Shown: positions 1 to 12,221 of the stretch, in pieces
How the letters are laid out: every line of letters starts with the position of its first letter
Numbering within the stretch: the first letter of the stretch is position 1
Origin: Fistulifera solaris
Lineage: Eukaryota
Reading direction: 5' to 3'
Length of the DNA: 56,388 nt
Assembly (NCBI GenBank): GCA_030295235.1
Contig: AP026179.1
Span: 310,001-366,388 of the forward strand
Notes under the pieces: model-generated
Seen by the model: the letters and a program-made list of their open reading frames with translations, nothing else
Database searches by the model: none
What the model was told of the DNA's origin: nothing
Position numbers and translations under genes: made by a program

Positions 1-966
1 GAATCCCCTTGCCGAGAACTGGATACAGGAACAAAAGCAAGATTGTGCTTGCCCCGGAATTCAATTTCAATACCTAAGCACTGAACGCGGTCTTGTCTCT
101 CATGTAAAGATGGGAGGTCTTGAACGTGATGACATTTTGAATCAACGGATACGTAACCCATGGTCGTGAAGCAGCATTGAACCAAGACGGCCAAAATCAA
201 TATAAGACTGCTTAATAGCAGCACTCGAGCGAACTTAGCTAATTCTAAATGCCGACTTGAAGTTTACTTCGTAGAGTTCACTTCGGGCTTGTGGGACAAG
301 CATTAGGCAACGCTTCGGAAAACGTTTCGACATCATGAGTCGTTACGACCAGTGGAAATGCTGCTAAATGCTTTAACATGATAATAACATGAAGCGTAGC
401 TTTAAAATATTCAACGGAATGAAGGTGGATTAACTGGTTGACAGTTGACAGGAATCAAGATTCATGATTGAAATCCAGTCGTGGCAAGGATCCATCTACA
501 GTTCAGGCTATAGTTAATAGGTAGTCAACGATCCGCAAAAATCTCTTTGACATCATGAATCATCATCATCGACGCTTGCATTGCAACTACTCCGAAAAAT
601 AACTGAATGTTGATCAGTAAGCCACGCCTGTACCTGATAGTTTTCGAAAACGAGCTCTAGCAGAACGACTCAAGTTTAGATAGCGTTCTGGATCGGAAGT
701 CGGAAGTGAATTTTGATTCAGGACTGGTTGCACTCGGCAACTCTATAATATTATAGTATTTATTTAATGACAACAGTTTTCTCAAGGCTACTTTCACTTT
801 CACCTTCCACGTCGTCACCAGTACACTTCGAGTCATAGTTCTTTTCGAATTAATATGATTTCGAATACGTGTCTCGTACCTGGTACCGAGCATTTGCATT
901 CTGTCTCTTCGCCAAAGACCTCAACAATAACTTGTTTTTCTTGTTTATATTATCCACTTAACATCA

Positions 967-1410
967 ATGAACGATACGAAAGACGAAATACGACGGCAGA
1001 TCTTCTTTGATCAGCCGACTATCGAGGACGCCCTCAAAAATCATACGAGTTGGTTCGTAGCACAAAATCAAAAAGTGGGTTCGACTCTCGAGATTCTTCA
1101 ATTGACGCGGATGCTTTCCAAGTGCATCAATCAGCATATATGCTCTTTCAATACGAACAATAAACAGGATATTATCCTAGCCTCTGTTTGGAATCCTATA
1201 CAGCAAGATGAAAGTCGAAAGGTTACGCAAACGTTGGGGCGAGTGGCTCTACAAGCCGTTTGGAGGCAGTTGGATCTTATATCGACGCGAAGAAAAAATG
1301 AGATAAACGCCCATGAAGAAACAGACAACAATGATATTGCTGACTCCTTCTTCAACTTCTTTGAAGCGGCGCTCTTTGCATCTCTGGAAAGGATCCATTC
1401 GCTCGCTTGA
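967..1410 (+). CDS. Hypothetical protein, 147 aa
   Basis: ATG-initiated ORF in an A-rich start context (catcaATG), convergent with the next gene; no recognisable domain. Confidence 0.45.
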   Translation: MNDTKDEIRRQIFFDQPTIEDALKNHTSWFVAQNQKVGSTLEILQLTRMLSKCINQHICSFNTNNKQDIILASVWNPIQQDESRKVTQTLGRVALQAVWRQLDLISTRRKNEINAHEETDNNDIADSFFNFFEAALFASLERIHSLA

Positions 1411-1649
1411 TTTGGAATACCGATCGAGGAAAGGAAGAACTAACCCGACGGGCGACTCAAAGAAAAGCGGATGCTGCTCAACGTAATTATACTAGCAAAG
1501 ATGAGACTCATCAACTCCCACAGATTGAGGAAATAGATTGAAGCACGTCAATTGTTGTCCCCAAATAAGTAATGAAAGCTCCATAACTATGTTGGACTAA
1601 GCTTATCCAATGTAAAGTAAAAAAATAGCCAATGAAAAGCGCTTTCAGG

Positions 1650-4312
1650 TCATACTTCAGCCAAATCAACCTTCTTTTCTTCCGACGATCCTTGTGCATT
1701 TTTGCCCCGAGATCCTCCAACTTGCATATCCAGAAAAGCGAATCGTTCTCGTCGGATGCGGCGCCAACGTTTCTTGCTAGCTTTTATTTCTTTTTGACGA
1801 TTCTCTTCCTCTTCCCGTTCTTTCTTACGGGGATCTATAATAAGATCGAATGCTTCCTGCGGTGCACTCATCAGCGAGTCCCATAAGCTAAGACTTGCCT
1901 GCGTCTTCTCTTGATTGCGAAGCATTTCAGCTGCTTTCACTTTGATCATAATCTCATTTGCTTCGTCGTGTTTCTCTTGGGCCTTGAGAGATTGAGCCAA
2001 GTATTTGTACAAATTCACAGTTTCGTGATGATCGGGTCCAATGTCGGGAGATTCGATTCGCAGTCGAATCAGATGTTTGAAAATGAGTTCTGCCCAAACA
2101 TCCAGTCCGTGCTTCAAAAAGATACCGGCTTCCGCAAAATAATCAAGGATTTGTTTTTCATGATACCACTCTAAATTATCCAAAGGAGTGTTCGCCACAG
2201 CTTCTTCGGCCATGACAATAAGTTCCGCCATAGTCTTGCGGTCCAGTCCATCCAAGGCATCAAATGGATCGTCGAACGTATCGGTCTTGTACTCCAAACA
2301 ATGGCGGTAGTGCCGGAAACCATCTACGCCACACACCACCCACATGGGCCAGATGTGTACCTGAATTTCACAAATGTGTTCTTTGAGCTCCACATTGATA
2401 ATGCAGTCACGATATCCACCCGGTTTGGCGTCGTAGTCGGACTTTAAGGACGACATTTTGACACGGCGGATTAAAGGGCCAAACGAATCACGCGCCAGTT
2501 CGAGTAGTGCCAAGAAACTGGGAAAATCCTTTACGACCAACAAGGCTCGACAGTAATCCGTTACTTTTAGTAAATCCCCATTGTACTTTTTTCTCTGCTT
2601 TTCGAATGGCAGCATCGACATCTTTAATTGGGCCCACGCCCACCTCTTCCATGCCCAGATTTCCTGCCAGCTCTTTGCAGATTTCCACCAAAGTTGGTAG
2701 CGCAGTCTCCGCTTTTTTGATCATAGCGCGAGCCACATCTTTGCTTGTCATTGTTTCATATTCCGGTAACTTCTTTTGTGTCACTTCTTTGTCATGATTT
2801 TTGTATCCACCATCTCCGGGATCATTGAGGCCTGTCACACTGTTCAGGTACGGGTACGTCGGATCCAGTTGCAAACGACGAAAAACTTCATCATACTTGT
2901 TGCGATCACGTAGTAAGCTACAAATCATGCGATAAAAGTCCCACGAGTCTTTGATGACAGCGCGACGCTTGGCAATGGCTTCGAGAGCTTCATCGTCATC
3001 TTCGCCAGCATACGCCCCGGCATGAACTCGTTGTGTCGTGTAATAGATACCACCCGCGCCGCCGCCATGTTTCTTTCCATCCGGTAGTGCCCCGGCGCGA
3101 ATGAGATTGTGTGAATAGCCTGCCAAATTGAGATATTGATCTTCAAATTTGTCCAGCTCGTCTTTATTTAATTTCTCCTTACTCCATTGGTTCCGTGACT
3201 GCAAACAATCAAAGTATGTCAGCACAGCTCTAACTCAATTTGATGAATGTCTTTTTTAACGAGTATCATACGCACCTTTGAGTTTTTATTGCTGTTTTTG
3301 GCCAACATAAGGTTCATGGCTTCCCACCAAGCGGTCGCAGTGCGTTGCTCACACGCCACTAGAGTCCCAACGCGACCGTCCTCGCCAACCACTTCGAGAC
3401 CACGACGCGAACGATCCGGACTTGGCCGCGCCTGTACAATGCGTAGCTCTCGGATCAGTTGGGTACGATCCGTGCGTGTATGCGGTTCCGACATGAGACT
3501 CAGTTGCTGCGTTGATGTATCCAAACGATAAATGAGAATACCTTCGGGGACACGATTGTACCGATTCTTTTCCGAAACTCTTTTTCTTTTTGCCGAATTT
3601 TTTCTTGTTTGGTTTTGGCGTGTTCCTGGCGTGCCATTTCCGCAGCCGCTTTTCGAGCGCGATACTCGATCATGGGATCAATGGTGGTGGTGACGGCTCC
3701 GGTGTCAGTCTGTTTGCCGCAGCAAAACCACCCTTTCTTTGTTTTGGGCGCAACGACATGTACAATGGCGGAAGGAGTGGGACGTACCGGCGGCGTCATG
3801 CGTGCACGCATCGTATCGGTCGTTTTGATACTGGAATCATCCAGAAATTCATTCAAAAGGGCCACTGACGCTTGTAATTCAATAGCATTCTGACCTTCGC
3901 CGTCTTTGGGAGGCCAGGAATAAGCAGGATCGACAAATGCCGCCTCAAGAATGGTCCCTGACGGAAAAGCGAGTGACAGAGAAGTTTCATCGGCGGCATT
4001 CTGTTGTTTCTGAGCATCAACAACGGGTTGCAGAATATTGCTGGTGCTTTCAGTACTCTTCATTTTACTGCAAGTTCTCTCTAACAGATTGTTTTTTACG
4101 ACCGATATTTCATCGCTCGCTGTATGTCTCGTACGCTCTTCATCATCATGAGATGCGACTTGAAACACGCGAACTTGATCTGGCTCCACTTGCTGAACTT
4201 CTTCATCGTCCGACGCGGCATCATCCTCGACCGATGATTCCTTGACAATCTTTGTTGACTTTCCGAGAAATAGCTCTGTCACGGAATTAAAAATGGAAGG
4301 TTCCGTGGCCAT
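1650..4312 (-). CDS. PH-like domain + RelA/SpoT-like nucleotidyltransferase + TPR-like C-terminus
   Basis: Joins ORFs 3500-4312, 3219-3524, 2488-3225 and 1650-2621 via apparent indels in T-runs (~3570, ~2590) and a GT-AG intron 3199-3275. PH-like end (RRGLEVV..TLVACEQRTATAWWEAMN). RelA/SpoT-like motifs GPIK..AIRKAEKKY.GD..VTD, GGYRD, CEIQVH. GPDHHET TPR-like segment. Confidence 0.75.
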
Positions 4313-5255
4313 GTTTTGTGCTTGTGCTGGAAGAGATTCAAAGTGTAGCTTTTAAATGACAAACAACAGAAGGAAGGTTTCTGTTGTTGCCGTACAAACG
4401 AAAATGATCGAGGCCAGGCGCAAAATGAATGGAATGGGGCGGTTCAAACTACGAGTATGTAACCGTTGGCCTTTTTAAGTATTCTCGAATACATAGCAAA
4501 GCATTGGACTTTCAACGGTTTGTCATCTTTTAGTGAATGAAGGCACGAAGTACCGGATCAGAATCCTGCGAATGATTATTTAGCTGTATGACTGTCTCAG
4601 TATCCATGAAAATTTGCACTAGGGTCCAGTGTGTAGTATCAACTTTATGTGACTGCACATCAGTCACGAGAGGCGGGTTTCAGTAACTGCGGAGTATGAG
4701 GCTGCTTCATCTGGCATGCAGCTAGGATTTTTCTTTCTCTCTACCCGGTAACGAGCGAGGCCGTTTTGACGCAACTAGTCATTCGTCGATCAATGATTTA
4801 AACGTACGTCACGGTCGACTTTGAAAAGAAGTGACGACATGCCCGACAGCAGTCAATGACAATCACAAAAGCTAACTGACCCAAGTCGTGACCACTGGCT
4901 TGATAGGATGTAGAGGCTCGATTGGCATTGTTCCGCTAGTCTGCAGTGCTTTGCGTCGACATCCTAAACTTGATCTCAATCTTGATGTAGTCTAAAAGAC
5001 TCTGGAGGAACAATATTTTACTTGTATACTTTTGTATTTTACGTGATTATTCGCAAGGATTGAGCATCGAGCTGTACTCAACCAAGCTAAAACCAAGAGC
5101 CTGGTATTATTGATCACGATATTTGTTTACCCTTGTAGTTTAACACATGTTGGTCGTAGAGTAAAAAGAAAAGGAACACGGATTTTCACGGGGCCTAATA
5201 AAACAAAACACAACGTGACACTTGATTCTTGTTTGAAATTGCGGTGCTTATTTCG

Positions 5256-5587
5256 TAGACCTCTGTCCGTTCTCCGTTTAACAGGGAATTCCCAACTGGG
5301 ATCCCAGTTCAATTCCCTTCCTCGTTCATTTTCCCAATTCCCTGTTTAACAGGGAATGAGTGGGTGGACGTCTGACCGGCAATCAGAGACCTTTATTCCT
5401 TTGTTTGCGCGGTAAATCAACAGAAAATCTCTAATCTAAAGCGTTAAGGATTAGGGACTGACTACCATATTTCGTAAACGGGACTCATTAATGCGAACAG
5501 GGAATGCTCCCAGTTCACTCCTTGTTCGATCAAAATCCCTGTTCACTCCCTCCCTGTTGGAGTGAACTGGGAACGGACAGAGGTCTA
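5256..5587. mobile_element. Non-autonomous hAT-like MITE, 332 bp
   Basis: Perfect 17-bp TIRs TAGACCTCTGTCCGTTC (5256-5272 / 5571-5587) and perfect 8-bp TSD TTATTTCG (5248-5255 / 5588-5595). Internal repeated motifs ACAGGGAAT and CCCAGTTCA. An 8-bp TSD with TAG termini is typical of hAT elements. Confidence 0.9.
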
Positions 5588-5640
5588 TTATTTCGTACCA
5601 AGGAGGATTTTCTCGCTTCGCGGATGAATGAATAGGCCAA

Positions 5641-5675
5641 GTGAACCGTGAACCGTGAACCGTGAACCGTGAACC
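5641..5675. repeat. (GTGAACC)5 tandem repeat
   Basis: Five perfect 7-mer copies. Confidence 0.9.
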
Positions 5676-6886
5676 GTACCTAGTAATCAGTAATCAGCGA
5701 AAAAGACCGCGCTGTTCGCTCTTCCAAGAGAAAACCATGATGGTCACGATGATGATTCATGATTCACGGAATAAGATGCAACATGCGACAGAGACACAAT
5801 CTTGAGTCTTTCTTGGAATGCAGTACACCTTCGTGCGAATCACTCGGAAGCCCAGACCTCAAAATCGGAAGCCAACGTTTCATTCGTTTGTTTCTTGGTA
5901 TGTTTCGCAGTCCCGCGTACAGTCCTCCATAAGAGCGAGCATTTCGTGTGTCTCAGGTCTCAGGTCCCAGAGGGAGGAATACGATGGTGTGGTTCCTGCC
6001 CACGCAGTCTGTGGCCAAATGTACATTCTTCGCCTCCGCTTCCGCCGACGCCTTCGCAGAAAGACTCGAAGCGGCTCGGCTGCATTCACAAGATGCATAA
6101 ATGCAAAAATAAAGAGGCAGGCAGTGGGTGATAAAAATTCCATGGTTTTATGTTTAAATTTTTAATTCCTGTTAGTTATGAGTTATACAATTATAGAGGG
6201 CAAAAGACTACGGGTGATCTTGTACAATACACTTGAACATACCATGTGAATGTCGTGTGTCGTCTTCCTCAAACGCTAACCAGGTACAGTAGAAAGAAAT
6301 GTCAGGTCCAGGTCTCACTGGCTCGACGAATTTGACAGAATACGGACTACAATAAGTTCTCATCCAATTTCAGTAGAGAAAGGAGATGAAGAAATTTATC
6401 GGCGATCTCCGTTCACCGTTCACCGATCACCCCCCGCATTCACTCTTCTGATCGTCAAAGCATCCTCTACCCTCTACTCTTAGTTACGCGCGGAATAAAT
6501 CAATGTCCTGTCTACGTCATTTTCCCTAATTAGGGTCGTAGAATAACTAGCAACAACACTTGATAGTTTTAGTTATTGCTCAACTTCAGTTAGTCCGATC
6601 TCCCGTGTAGAAACTTTATTGAAGTTTGGGGAAACCTGTCTTCCAGTGTTTAATGTCTCACTTTTCCGGACCAAACGACTAAGCCCTTTCTTCTACTGGA
6701 TTCGGTTTTGGTGTTTTTGCGTTTCTGCACAGTTGACTCTTTCTGCTTCTTCTACTATCACATTCCCACACGAATTCAACCAACTTTTTCACCCGAAACA
6801 TCACACAAAATACAAATAATAATTATCAACGACTCCATTCATTTCCTTTTTTCATCAAGATACCCAAGCACATCGCTAAAGTCAAC

Positions 6887-7417
6887 ATGACATCTTGTCT
6901 CTACTCATCACACGAAGATCAAGAAGTAGGAAACTTCTTCTGTCAAGCTCCCCCGGAAAAGATCGAAAGCACACGAAAGCTAAACGATGATTCCTTCCCG
7001 CGAAGACCTTTGACGATGAGCAAACCATCCAGTAGTGATTCATTCACCAAGCCATCGGGACGTCAGACTCCTCGTCTGCTGATAACGCCTTACAATGATG
7101 ATGTTTTTGACGATGAGAACGATGATAACATCTCTACAGAAATCACCGAACCGGAAGCAACCCCGTGGCTGTTCCGACCGATTGCCCCACCGGACGACTC
7201 GGCGGAGTACGATCTCAACGACCACGATACCTTTCAGCACGTTCAAGACGAAGACGAGATGTGGGATGCTTTCCTGACGGGAATACCTATGGAAATTGAA
7301 GTCGATCCTAGGTATTGTATCGAAGATGACGACGTACAAGATAACCTCGATCGAATGCTGATTGCACTGCACGCACAAAGTCAACAGCTGATAGATATGC
7401 CCGGGCGACAATATTAG
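6887..7417 (+). CDS. Hypothetical acidic protein, 176 aa
   Basis: ATG ORF with caacATG context and D/E-rich, protein-like composition; no known domain. Confidence 0.6.
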   Translation: MTSCLYSSHEDQEVGNFFCQAPPEKIESTRKLNDDSFPRRPLTMSKPSSSDSFTKPSGRQTPRLLITPYNDDVFDDENDDNISTEITEPEATPWLFRPIAPPDDSAEYDLNDHDTFQHVQDEDEMWDAFLTGIPMEIEVDPRYCIEDDDVQDNLDRMLIALHAQSQQLIDMPGRQY

Positions 7418-9075
7418 CTAGCCAGGCATAATTGTCTTACCTGCAGCGCTATTTTGCTTTAGTACATATTATAATTTATAAAGTTAGTTTTGCTTTCCTT
7501 TCTGATCCTGGGCTTCGTGAGTAACGTTGTTAATCGTCCGCTAGTTGACATGCTGCGACACTGTCTACTATGAAAAGGTCAACAGACGAACGATGCGGAG
7601 AGCAATAGTCATGCTGGGTGACTAAAACATCTTGACGCTAGCATCAGAGCTGCCCACAAAAAAAACCTATGTATCTCTCGAACCGTCCGCTCATCCGCCG
7701 GACATGAACACTCAAATTGCAAGTAAATCGGAAAGCTGAGTAGGATTGATGAAACTCCGAGACAGCTAAATCGTAGCTTCTCGTTTGGAGGATTGTGAGT
7801 CATTTCATTTTGAGACCCGAACTTTGATCAGATTGTCGAGCAAACCATTTTTGTCGTTCCAATCGATGGTAGATGCAACGTTTTTCTCTCTTTAGATCAA
7901 AATGATTCGACTTATAACCATCCTCTGAGCTCTTTTTGTTGCATCGATACTACGTAGTTATCACGACACCCGTCACAGTCACATGCATGAGCACAGTAGA
8001 AAGCACAGTTTTCCTGAGCATGATCGATCCGCTTCTTCCACTACTTTCCGTGTAAGATTTTGACCGTTAACTCTCATTTTTCAAAGTCAAATACTCTTCC
8101 TTTTCTCTTTGGCTCCTAGCAGTCGATTGAGATGGTGCAGGATGCAAAAATAGGGATATCTCACTTACGAACTATGCCCCTAACAACAATTCTTATGGCC
8201 TTCGCGATTCTTGACACTCATTCTAGTATCAAATAACAAGCTTTCATCTCGCTAAAAAGGGAATCCGATTTGCAGCGTTCTTAAACTTTCCTTGAGTTCG
8301 GAAGCTCGCCTCCGCTTTTTATTGATCGAAAAGAGAATCAATCATGTTGGTCGCTTCGTTGAAGAAAAGTCTGTAACACCAACCAAAGAGTGCGTCGCGT
8401 TGAGTTATTGCTATTCCTTGCAAATAAAAAGGCTTAATTATTTATGGGAGAATAAAGCGCATTGACAAGAACACCGACAAGAATATCAACAACTCAAAGT
8501 GCGTAGATGCGGATCGTTGGGGACGACGATGCGGCGCGAACAATCGTGATTCGAGACGGAAGGCCAGTCGTGTCGAAAGGTAGTACTCCTATCAAGTACC
8601 AAGTCTTACTTACAAAGTAACGACCCGCAGGATCATGTTCATCCTGAGACAATGAGCGCATTCCAAATCATGCTGAAGACTGTCGCCTTAGAATAAGAAG
8701 AGAAATTCGCTTGTCAAGCTGTGGAAGGAACAATGGCTAGATAGTTATATTGTGACAGAAGAATATCAGTCATGTAGAATGGGTAATTAACGTTATTGCG
8801 TTAACAACTGATGGGCGAGAGAGCGAGATCCGGTTCGATACCAAGACAAGTGTTAAAATCAGTTCATTTGTGACAACATATGCTACGAAGGCATAAACGA
8901 CAACGCAGCAGATGATTTTTCTTTACGCATCAAACACACGATGCATAAATGCCCGCTCCTCATGTAAAAAGCAGAGCATAAAAATGTTCACCAACAAGTA
9001 TTGATTATTAGTTTACAATGATTGATCTCAGCGGGTCTCAAATCGCATTCTAGAACAGCTAAGATCATCAGCCAT

Positions 9076-9136
9076 CTACAGATTTGGCGCCACCACGCGT
9101 ATCACTTCAATTTCACTATCGTCGTCATCAATATCA

Positions 9137-9167
<31 letters not shown>

Positions 9168-11312
9168 CTTCTTCTTCTTCTTCTTCTTCTTCTTCTTCTT
9201 CTTCTTCTTCTTCTTCTTCTTCTTCTTCTTCTTCTTCTTCTTCTTCTTCTTCTTCTTCTTCTTCTTCATGCAGTGGGGTACTTTGTGCATCGAATCACGA
9301 TTCTCGACAGGGAAGCCCATGTCCAGGCTTCCCATAATAGACGACAAGGTGAGAGGATCCGTCCAAATTTTCTGGTTGCGGTGAATTTCCAAGTCGCGTT
9401 CCACTCCCGGGGCAATGTCAGGAAGCTGTCCAAGCAAAGCTGATTCTGTTGCTGCCTCAATCGCATTAACTTCCTGGTCCTTAGAAATTTTTAGGGACTC
9501 GCAGTGCGCCCGCACCTTTTCCAAAGTCGATTTCAACTCTTCATTACTTGTCCAAAGCATAAAGTATTTTCGTTCCGTAGGGCACCGACACATGAAATGA
9601 CTGTGACGCAAGCAGCTCACTTTCGACTGACTACACTGGCACGCCACTGCCGAAGAGAAGCATACGTGTTTGCAAGCATGACACAATCGTCGATCATCAT
9701 AACTTGCGCTCTTTTCGTCAAGTTGGTCTAAACTGTTGCGAGGAAGCGCAATGACGTCTGATACATCACGAACGCCATCATCGCTTAGCTTTTTGCGCAA
9801 ACGAAGCTCTTCCTGTACCACACGTTCCAACTCATTCAACAGACGACGACAGGTCGCGTAGGATTTCACGTCTTCCAGATGATTGGCCATCGTAAATGTC
9901 AGACGGTCCTGTGAAAATACAGCCGGCCGAGAAAAGGAGCGATAGCGTTCGTTCGCTTCAGAACCATATGAAATCCAATCTGGCGTAGCAAAGTTCACCG
10001 CTTCACCAACGTTCGGACCAAGACTAAAGCCAGAATGAAAAGACCTGGGAAACGTGACCTGTGGAAAGACAACAAGGTGAGATGATACAATGTGGCTTCT
10101 ATGCGATCCAGATCTGTAAACTTACGACAAATTCTCCTTCATATTGCAATAGCTTACTGACTACCACGTCCGCATTTTGAAGGAGTCGTGGACTAAACAT
10201 GGTAGTAATGTGATGAAGCAGATCAGGAACATCTCTCATCTTCATGGAAAGATAGTTCTTAAAGACGCGCTCGAGACCTTCCGCAGCTTTCTTCTCCCCT
10301 GGAACACCGTACCACTGCTTGGGTGCGCCTTTGTGGTGATAATTGATGCTGTACATGTAGTTATCTTCATTGTGCCAGCAGAAAGTCGTAAACAACGAAC
10401 CAAAGTACATCCAGGGGCAATTGACACCATTGATACCGACTTTCACATATTGCAAAACACTTCCCGGTGCACTCGGTATATTGTTTAAATTCCACCACGT
10501 CTCCTTGTAATAATCTTCCGTTCCAAATTTGGGTTCCGGCAGATTCATCTTTTCGGCATTTCTGGTTCCGTGCACACTTCTACCCCGTTCCGACAGCGGA
10601 AAGCCCGATCCAAAGTCATGAGTATCCACATCATTCCCGTACTCGACTGCCACTTCCTTGGTGTGTGTCTCTACGACATCCCAGTAATCACGTTCTAAAT
10701 TATCGGGTGTGAATTGTCGACGACCGTCGCTCGCATCCGTGTGACGAGCCAGCAAATCATGATCCGGATAATGTGCATTTTTCCATGCTTTCGTGCGTTC
10801 ACTCGAGACCTGTAAATACTCTTTTGCCGCGTAATCATTGCCATCCCCGAAGCTGACACCTTCTTGCAATCGATGTAGCATTTGCAATTTTGTAGCGAAC
10901 GTTTTCTGATTTCGATCAATGTCAATGCCTGTAGCGGAAAACGCGAAGAAATAAGAGAGAATATAAGAGATGAATAGGTAACAATGAAAAGAACAACTGA
11001 CATCCTGTGCGACTAACCAAAATAGCGAGAAGGATTCCATCCTTTCGGAGGCACAATTTTACAGATGCCGTAACGTTCCGCTACTCCCTGTATCTTAGCA
11101 ATATAATCCAGCGGATTGCCTTCCATCTCTTCTACCGTAGGAAAGAAAACAGGAGCCCATGGAATATCAAGTTTCCCTTGACGCGTTCGATCGAGTTTGG
11201 AATTTTGGATGGCTTGCGCTAAATAGCGCTCTTCTGTCGCGGTAGCAAATTGAAAGTAACTCGGAGGACGCCTTCTGCGTCGCTTCGCGGCGCGGTGATT
11301 CGCGGTGCTCAT
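9076..11312 (-). CDS. KDM5/JARID1-like histone demethylase (JmjN, JmjC, C5HC2 zinc finger)
   Basis: JmjN (APVFFPTVEE..YGICKIVPP); JmjC with Fe ligands in CWHNED and TFPRSFHSG; C5HC2 finger (CHACKHVCF..CQC..CLRH..CRC). Introns 10929-11017 and 10059-10125 restore the frame. The C-terminus is probably in the poly-Glu frame ending at 9076. Confidence 0.9.
9138..9267. repeat. (CTT)43 / (GAA)n microsatellite in the 3' end of the JmjC gene
   Basis: 130-bp perfect trinucleotide tract. Confidence 0.95.
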
Positions 11313-12007
11313 TGTTATGAGTGTTTCTTTTGTCTATGAAATAAGTAGATTAATGAAGTAAGAAAACTGTTACAATGAATGATACCTGGTAGCCATGCAA
11401 CGCTTGTTTCCCGAATGCAAAGACTTTCGCGCCGCAGCGATGACAGTCCGGCGAAATACAACTACGCGTGCTAGCAGTGGAAAGTGGAAGTGGAACTATT
11501 TGCGGCTTGCGGCTTGCGGCTTTCATTATTTCACCGCCAACGTCCGCTCGGTGCCAGCGTGACCTACTATAGAGAAGAAAGTGCGAGTTCTTTCCGAAAA
11601 AGTCGTGAACATCCGAACCGAGCGTTGGCCAAACGGACAGACGGCGCACTCCATCGGACTGACGACGCGACGGGCTAAAACCAAAAACACCCTCTCACTC
11701 TCACTACCAGTACCAGTGCCAGGAACGTGAAACAGTTACGAAGTACTACGTATAATTTAACGAAGGACCTAAATTTATTATTTTTATTCCCTAATTTCCT
11801 AAAGTTAGAATGCAATTTTGACATTCGGACTGATTTTTTCGTTGTCCATTTTCAATGTACCGGCATTTCCGGAACGTCCACAGGATGTCTGTATGATTAA
11901 TTTTACAGAACACCACTTTCAGAATTTCTGTGTGATCAATAACAAGGCTTCCTGAATTTCTAAAGATACACAGATTTTCTGTTTTGTTGAAGTTGAAATG
12001 CCACTCA

Positions 12008-12170
12008 CCCAGATTTTCTGGTAACGTGAAAATATCCATTGTCCTGATTTTCTGGGCGCGTGAAAACACCACATCCCCAGATTCAGAATTCAGATTCTCC
12101 TGGCTTCAGGTGACAACACCTCACTCCCAGATTTTCTGGGACGGGAAAACACCAATCCCCCAGATTTTCT
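12008..12170. repeat. Cluster of CCCAGATTTTCT-like motifs
   Basis: About five imperfect copies (~12008, 12043, 12076, 12126, 12159) in the divergent promoter region between the JmjC and RluA genes. Confidence 0.55.
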
Positions 12171-12221
12171 ACGTGAGGACGATACCGCATGTAGCATAAT
12201 TTATTTTGACGTTTGACGGGC

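Noticed and set aside
5641..5675. CRISPR-like array
   Set aside because: Simple 7-bp tandem repeat without spacers, in eukaryotic DNA with no cas genes.
5800..6170. Overlapping ~90-115 aa ORFs
   Set aside because: Mutually overlapping frames with no protein-like features; no support for any of them.
9022..9443. Poly-Phe and poly-Leu ORFs on +
   Set aside because: Alternative-frame readings of the CTT microsatellite, antisense to the JmjC gene.
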